From positions 1,736,001 through 1,800,000 of the forward strand of contig OX597821.1 in NCBI GenBank assembly GCA_951406725.2: 64,000 nt of DNA, written 5' to 3'. The DNA is from Octopus vulgaris. Its lineage: Eukaryota. How positions within the stretch are numbered: position 1 is the stretch's first letter; each line of letters opens with the position of its first letter. The translations under genes and the position numbers were made by a program. This document shows positions 56,211 to 64,000 of the stretch, piece by piece. Under the pieces are notes generated by a model. That model ran no database searches, was not told the origin of the DNA, and saw only the letters and a program-made list of their open reading frames with translations.

Positions 56211-56761
56211 TTGGGTTGTCCGGAAAGTTCGTGCCGATTTTTAAAGGAAAGAAAAAGGTCAATAAATACTTGCCATTATATTTTTAATCAACCAAATATG
56301 AACCATTTTGTTCCACAATACATTTCCATCTTTCCTTTAACTTGAAAATACCCTCTTCCCAGAATTGAGGTGGTTTCATGGCAAAGAACTTATCAAGGTA
56401 ACTGTTTACGTCATACAAGGAATTGAAATGTTTACCATTAAGACTATTCTGCAGAGATCTGAATAAGTGGAAGTCCGAAGGAGAAATATCTGGTGAATAT
56501 GGAGGGTGGGGTAACACATCCCAGCCGAGCTGTAGCAATTTTTGTCGGGTTCCCAAAACATCAAGTGCCGAAAATGAACTTCCATTTTAAAGGGCTACAG
56601 AATTAACACAGGTTATAGGAACCTTCTTCAAGGAAAAGATAGCTTAAACTGTGCTCTAAATGGCGGTGTAGTCAAATCCTATTTTATGGACTCAACCATG
56701 TTCTAAAATAAGTCGAAAGATAAGCTACTATAAATCGTCACGAACTTTCCGGACAACCCAA
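56211..56761 (-). mobile_element. Internally deleted mariner transposon
   Basis: TIRs ttgggttgtccggaaagttcgtg / cacgaactttccggacaacccaa, TA TSD; WDVLPHPPYSPDISPSDFHLFRSLQN. Confidence 0.93.
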
Positions 56762-57037
56762 TACATATACAATTAAACATGAAGTAGATATAAAATAAAA
56801 ATCGACTGTAATTTCGTAGGAAGAAGATAGATGGGATGTGTTATAAACTTTAGAGTATAAGGACGAGTCAGTTGTGGCACTGATCATAACATGGTATCTG
56901 TCAGAGTCAGGGTTTGGACCCAAAATGAAAAGCAGAGAGCACATCACATACGGCAATGTTCAACGTTGCTGCTCTGAGCATCATAAATATATTCACATCA
57001 GTATGGTATTAGACAAGGAGAGGTAACCAAATTTGAA

Positions 57038-57082
<45 letters not shown>

Positions 57083-57088
57083 CTGTCT

Positions 57089-57121
<33 letters not shown>

Positions 57122-57173
57122 GGAGAGAGAGAGAGAGAGAGGGAGTATGTGTATGTTTGTGTGTGTGTGTGTG

Positions 57174-57685
57174 TGGAGCCCAATGGCACAGTGGTTAGGG
57201 CAGCGGACTCGAGGTCGTAGGATCGTGGTTTCTAATCCCAGACCGGGCATTGTGAGTATATATTGAGCGAAAACACCTAAAGCTCCACGAGGCTCCGGCA
57301 GGGGGTGTTGGTGAACCCTGCTGTACTCTTTCACCACAACTTTCTCTCACTCTGTTTTCCTGTTTCTGTTGCACCTGTATTTCAAAGGACCAGCCTTGTC
57401 ACACTCTGTGTCACGCTGAATCTCCCCGACAATTACGTTAAGTGTACTAGAGTCTGTGGAGTGCTCAGCCACTTGCACGTTAATAAATGAACTGCGACGT
57501 CACTGGTGCCAAGCTGTATCGGCCTTTGCCTTTCCCTTGGATAACATCGGTGACGTGGAGAAGGGAGGCTGGTAAGCGTGGGCGACTGCTGGTCTTCCAT
57601 AAACAACCTTGTCCAGACTTGTGCCTCGAAGGGTAACATTCTAGGTGCAATCCTATCGCTATTCATGACCGAAGGGGGTCCCAAC
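57174..57685 (+). mobile_element. Chimeric SINE family D
   Basis: tRNA head and first body type to ~57485, then second body type. Confidence 0.75.
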
Positions 57686-57686
57686 A

Positions 57687-57744
<58 letters not shown>

Positions 57745-57769
57745 GTATATATATATACGTAAAATATAG

Positions 57770-58215
57770 GGGAGCGATTTTTGTTTTTAGAAAACTCACT
57801 ACCAGTGGCCTAGCATGTATAAAATGTCAACAGACAACATATTGTCAATATGAAATAGTGTACATTTAAACGCAAGAGAAGCTGTCTTCAACAGGTAGTT
57901 TTACACGCTAGAAGACGTAGTCAAAACGACCAAAACCACATTTAAGGGCAATTTTGAAGGGATAGAAAAATAAAAACTTTTACCTTGTTATTTTATTACG
58001 GTCATATCTAGATTTCAAATTTTATTTAGTAAATTATTTTATTTTCTAAAAAATTTGAAATCTGGGTATGACCATGATAAAATAACAAGATCGAATATTT
58101 TATTTTTCATTCCCTTTACAATTGGTCTTAAATGTGGTTTTGGTCGTTTTGACTACTTCATCTAGCGTGTAAAACTGCCTGTTGAAGGCAGCTTCTCATG
58201 AGTTTAAATGTACAC

Positions 58216-58222
<7 letters not shown>
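57770..58222. mobile_element. Fold-back pLTR element between (TA)n tracts
   Basis: Arms ~57850-58025 / ~58048-58222; leader shared with 2070-2113; only GAAA..GTA half of HHR present. Confidence 0.8.
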
Positions 58223-58253
<31 letters not shown>

Positions 58254-58340
58254 TTACACACCTACGCTCATCTTTTTAAAAAGCCTATAGAATGACCATA
58301 CACTTATCTACATATATCTCTCTCTTTCTCACTATATATA

Positions 58341-58399
<59 letters not shown>

Positions 58400-59088
58400 G
58401 AAGGTGATTATGTGTGCGATTATATTAATAGTCATAGAAATAAATACACAACGTCAAACAAATTCATTTACGATATATATATCAATATATATATATATAT
58501 ATATATATACATACATATATATGTGTGTGTGTGTGTGTGTCTGTTTTCTGTACGCATATATTACATATATGGAGATGTGAAGAAATAATGTACATATATT
58601 AATATATTGTCTGAAAAGGGACACAAAAACTACTACTACATACACGCCGAACATCCCTGTCATCCCTGTTCTAGAATATACGCATTAATATATATATATA
58701 TACATAATAAAATTCTATGCGTTTATTATTGGAACTTCTTCATATTTAGCAAAGCTTAAAAGGATTCTTGTGAATGGCGGATTTGATTGCTGTCAAAATC
58801 TGACGTGTTACTAAATTACACAGAATATTTAATTTCAATAGACTATTGCTTCATATTTTAATATCTACTGTGGTGTATTTTTCTATGTTTGATAGAAATG
58901 TGTCTGTTTTATCATGTATGTTTGTTATTACGTTTATATCTATGTATGTATGCATGCATGTATTTATATATGTATGTATGTAAGTTTTTTGTATGTATGT
59001 ATGTATGTGAAAGTCTTCGTGCAGACACAGAATTACACATGTATATACTTTCGTATATGTATGGATATACATACAAACATAGATCTCC

Positions 59089-59153
<65 letters not shown>

Positions 59154-59283
59154 GTGTGTATATATATATATGTGTGTGTGTGTATATATATATATATAAT
59201 ACATATATATATATATATGTATATATATATGTATATAAATATATGTGTATGTATATATATGTATATGTATATATATATGTATG

Positions 59284-59353
<70 letters not shown>

Positions 59354-59536
59354 AATATTTAGACACACTTTTTCAAAGATTTATATAATGCATACATATG
59401 TAATACACACATACATCTAGATATTTATACTTACAATACACACACACACAATTACTTATGCATACATACACACACACATATATATATTCAAATATCTGTC
59501 TATCAATCTATTTATCTATGTATTTATATATATATA

Positions 59537-60343
59537 CAGGTTGCGATGGATAAATTGTCACCATTTTATATTTCTTATTTCATACATGTACACTGTTCGT
59601 TTTTGATTTTGTCGACTATACAGTATAGTATGGGTCTGTGGGGCACCATTGTGTAATTCACTCTGCCAGAAATTTGGAAACAACATGCTCTACTGCTTGA
59701 CATTTCAGAGTGTATGGGAGTCAATCTGAGGACAGTGCAATGTGAGGAGATGTAACTAGAGTGATAGAAATCAACATTTGATTGATCACTAATGATGGTG
59801 ACGTTATGCATCCATTCATCTTCCCACACGGCGTCAGGCTCAACACGGAGGCCTAGAAATGCCTGGAGGAGGTAGTGCTGTCAAGGGTCATGAGTGTGGC
59901 TTTTGGAGGACCCTATGTCTGGCAACAGGACTCTGCACCATGGCATGCAAGCAAGGGGACCCTGTCATGGCTGTCAGACAAATTCTGTGACCATATAACC
60001 TCTCACATCTGGCCACCTAACTCCACATACTGCGACCTCCTTGATTATTTTGTCTGCGGTGCATTGTACAACAAAAACTCCTTGTAACACCAAAGATGAA
60101 CTGAAAGCAAAGATTACGGTAGCATTCTCCAACTTAAATAAGAAAACCATCCAGAAGAATTACAGGATATTCTGATGTCGTCTAAATGCCGTGGTTGAAG
60201 CGAATGTCAATTTAATTGAATATATTTACTCTTTCGTATTTCATGATATTTTAATGTAATTTTGGTAAATATATCTGTAAAAATGAGGTGTCAGTGTTAT
60301 TTTCATTTTCGCGAAAAGTAGACATTTAATTCACCGCATCCTC
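59537..60343 (+). mobile_element. Tc1/mariner superfamily relic
   Basis: YVWQQDSAPWH..WPPNSTYCDLLDYFV; imperfect TIRs caggttgcgatggataaat / atttaattcaccgcatcctc, TA flanks. Confidence 0.8.
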
Positions 60344-60354
60344 TATATATACAT

Positions 60355-60697
<343 letters not shown>

Positions 60698-61337
60698 AGT
60701 ATATATATATATGAATGCATATATATGCTTAAAATATGTGCATTTCTATCTATATGACTGTATGAGTGTGCGTGGCGTTGGAGAGAGGAGAGAGGGAGAG
60801 AGATAGGCGAGAGTGGGGGAAAGATAGGAGAGAGAGGGAGCGAGAAAGAGACAGTGTGTGTATGTGTGTGTATGTATGGTTATATGCTTCTCAGTGCGCG
60901 CGTGCATATAAATACCTTTATGAGCCTGTTTGTAATTTGGGTGTTTAGACGGGGATAGAATGTTTGAAATATACACATTAAGGTAATCACACCAAAATAT
61001 ATTTTTTCCAGAAAGTATACAGCATCCCAAAAGGTGGTGGGATCCTTCAGCTTGTGAATTTTCAAGTAAAGAACACGGAAAAGAAGAGCTAAAATATGGG
61101 TCATATACAAAAGAATCTGGTATATTTTGTACAAGGTAGCAAACGGAAGTTTTAAAATATAGCACGTTTATCCACTACGTCAGCCGATGTAGGGCAAAGA
61201 CTGCTACACTTTTCTGAAGTCAACATCTAGCTCAGTTAGACTTAAGAATTGGTTAGCATATACACCAACCTGTATAGTATCGTTGAGAACCGCTCTTTCT
61301 TCCTTCCTACCTTTTTTCTTTCTTTTTTTCTTTCTAT

Positions 61338-61393
<56 letters not shown>

Positions 61394-61499
61394 ATTTATT
61401 TGCATAAGAGCGGTTATTTGCTTATTTATTCTTAACACGTCTAGGTAGGTTCAAACGAAAAATATGCCGGTCACCTTACCCTCAGCCGAATTTCCATAA

Positions 61500-61690
61500 T
61501 AATGGTTTCAAATTTTGGTACTAGACATGAAATTATGGTGATTATGTTGAAATCAGAACTTGACCGGATTTTATTTTATCGACCCCGAAGAGGATTAAAA
61601 CCAAAGGTCGATCTCGGCGGAATTTGAGATCAGACCGTAATAACGGAAACCATGCTAGTTCGGCATGCTAACGGTTCTGACAGTTCACAA
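61500..61690 (-). mobile_element. SINE family B (diverged)
   Basis: atcgaccccgaag..aaaggtcgatctcggcggaatttgag. Confidence 0.7.
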
Positions 61691-62080
61691 ATAGCCTTTA
61701 CTGCAAACCCTGATATATGCTGTGAAGTGATTTGGACGAATCTACATTCAAATTATCTAGCAACAACCGTTTAAAATTTTCCCATAGGATTTAATTTGCC
61801 TAAGCCCACGAACGTATATGCAGGGTAACAAATTTTTGGAAGAAAATGGATAAATCTACTTTTAAATACAATGTAGCATTAGTTCTGTTGGGTTATATAA
61901 AATAAAATATAAACTTCTTTAACTTTGCGATGAATATCTCAGGAAATAACTTTTCAGGAAAGAGGTTGATTATAAATTCATTTAAATCTGCAAACTTATT
62001 GGAATCGCCGAGCTAACTGAAACGTGCGTAAGTGAATAAAATATTACATGAACATAATTTTTCCATTCCTCATTTCTTTA

Positions 62081-62139
<59 letters not shown>

Positions 62140-62142
62140 CGT

Positions 62143-62210
<68 letters not shown>

Positions 62211-62213
62211 TAC

Positions 62214-62251
<38 letters not shown>

Positions 62252-63013
62252 TTATACATATACATATACATATATATATACATATACATATATATACATA
62301 TACATGTATATATATACACATACATACATATATATACATATATATACATACATTCAAATATACATATATATATATATATACGGGTTTAAACGTTGTAGCT
62401 TGTATTCGTACCGGAGGAATCTTTACGAACCAATGTTTCTGAGATAATATTGATGCAATGTGATATGTTTAATAAATGTATTATATTATGTCATAATATT
62501 TCGGCAAGTATCAACTGATAAATTATAGAAGAATCTATTGTAGTATTATGCAATAAGGCGTGCTGAATCCAATGTCCCTTGTTTACACTTTTCTATATAG
62601 CTATACATTTGCATGCATAAAGCATGTATACATGTCTACATAGATATATGCACACATAAACGCCTACGTATACACACACGCACAAACACAAAAATACACA
62701 CGTATACACAGATACATATACACATGGTTGATGTCATAAGAACATATATAAATTATAATAGATATATATATATGTTACATTTACACATTCTTATGAAGTC
62801 AACAATTAGTGTATATATATATATATATAAACACACACACACATATATATACGTAAGTATATATATATATATATAATATGTACATATAAACGAGAAATAA
62901 ATATAATGCCTCATGTACATTCCCATACACATACATTAACTGAATGTGTGAAGTCTGGAAATGTATAACCGTATCCGAAAGTATGTGTATGTATGTATGT
63001 GTGGCAGCGTGTT

Positions 63014-63047
<34 letters not shown>

Positions 63048-63714
63048 TATAGCACTCGTATTTATTACCTATCCAACATACGCTTACGTTTGTTTGTCCA
63101 AATGTTTATATGCAAACGTGTATTATTGCAAAAATTTAATTTTGAAATATTTGCATGTATATCGTTATTCACGAACCGTTCTATATTTGCAGGAATCTAT
63201 TGCTATTTTTATTTCATCTAGTTTTTGTTATTAAATTTTGCCATTTTCTTCGAATTCCTTGGAGTGTATTTTGCCATAATATAAATTATTTGATTCATTA
63301 CTCTGAAGCAATTTTGAGGTAACAGTGAATAAAATACATGATTTTCTAAAATTGACGCAAGATACAACTGCTTGCAAAATTAGATATGTGGTGAAATGTA
63401 GTTATGTATAAGACGCAAGTGTGTGATATCTCTATTACTTGCCGGTCGAATTACTTCATACATGTCTTGTGTTGTTTGCACAGCCATAACTATGATAGTA
63501 AATATCATAGGAAGGACGATTTGACAAGAATTGCTATCAGTGAAATCTGCAAGGCTGGGGCCAATTTCATTCGTTCAAATATATATTTATGTGTGCATAC
63601 AAAATGGAGTTATGCGATAGAGATGTAGCATGTGGATCCTATTTTCCCTGTAAGTTTTCTTTAGATTGTGTTAACACGCATGTTGCTTCTTATATATGTA
63701 TATAATCGTAATCG

Positions 63715-64000
63715 TGTGAAGGCGCATGGTTCAGTGATTAGATTGCGAGGTTGTGAGTTCGAATCCTGGACAGGGCTGCGTGTTGTGTTCTTGAGCGAGA
63801 CACTTTATTTCACGTTGCTCCAATTCACTCAGCTGTAGAAATGAGCTGCAACATCACTGGTGGCAAGCTGTATCGACCTTTGCCTTTCCCTTCGATAACA
63901 TCGGTGGCGTGGAGAGGAGAGGTTGGTATGCATGGGCGACTGATGGTCTTCCATAAACAACCTTGCCCTAACTCGTGCCTCGGGGTGTAAATTTCTAGGT
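63715..64000 (+). mobile_element. SINE family D, runs off window
   Basis: gagttcgaatcc B box; matches 54690-55005. Confidence 0.8.

Overview
AT-rich eukaryotic intergenic or intronic DNA, most likely from an octopus or other coleoid cephalopod (inferred from the SINE families and extreme microsatellite load, not from a database search). I found no convincing host protein-coding gene; nearly all listed ORFs are microsatellite or SINE translation artefacts. The window is a mosaic of (TA)n/(CA)n/(AAT)n/(TAC)n microsatellites, three tRNA-derived SINE families, decayed Penelope-like elements (PLEs; RT + GIY-YIG), Dong/R4-type RLE LINE fragments in (AAT)n, RTE LINEs and Tc1/mariner relics. The main hidden signal is about a dozen loci with minimal type-I hammerhead ribozyme (HHR) motifs in PLE pseudo-LTRs (pLTRs), many arranged as fold-back palindromes beside (TA)n tracts. 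They include natural G3-C8 and U3-A8 covariant cores and a tRNA-headed HHR element. There is also a ~4 kb inversion that splits two nested SINEs and has a 206-bp inverted duplication at its breakpoints. All structures were assigned by eye and are untested.
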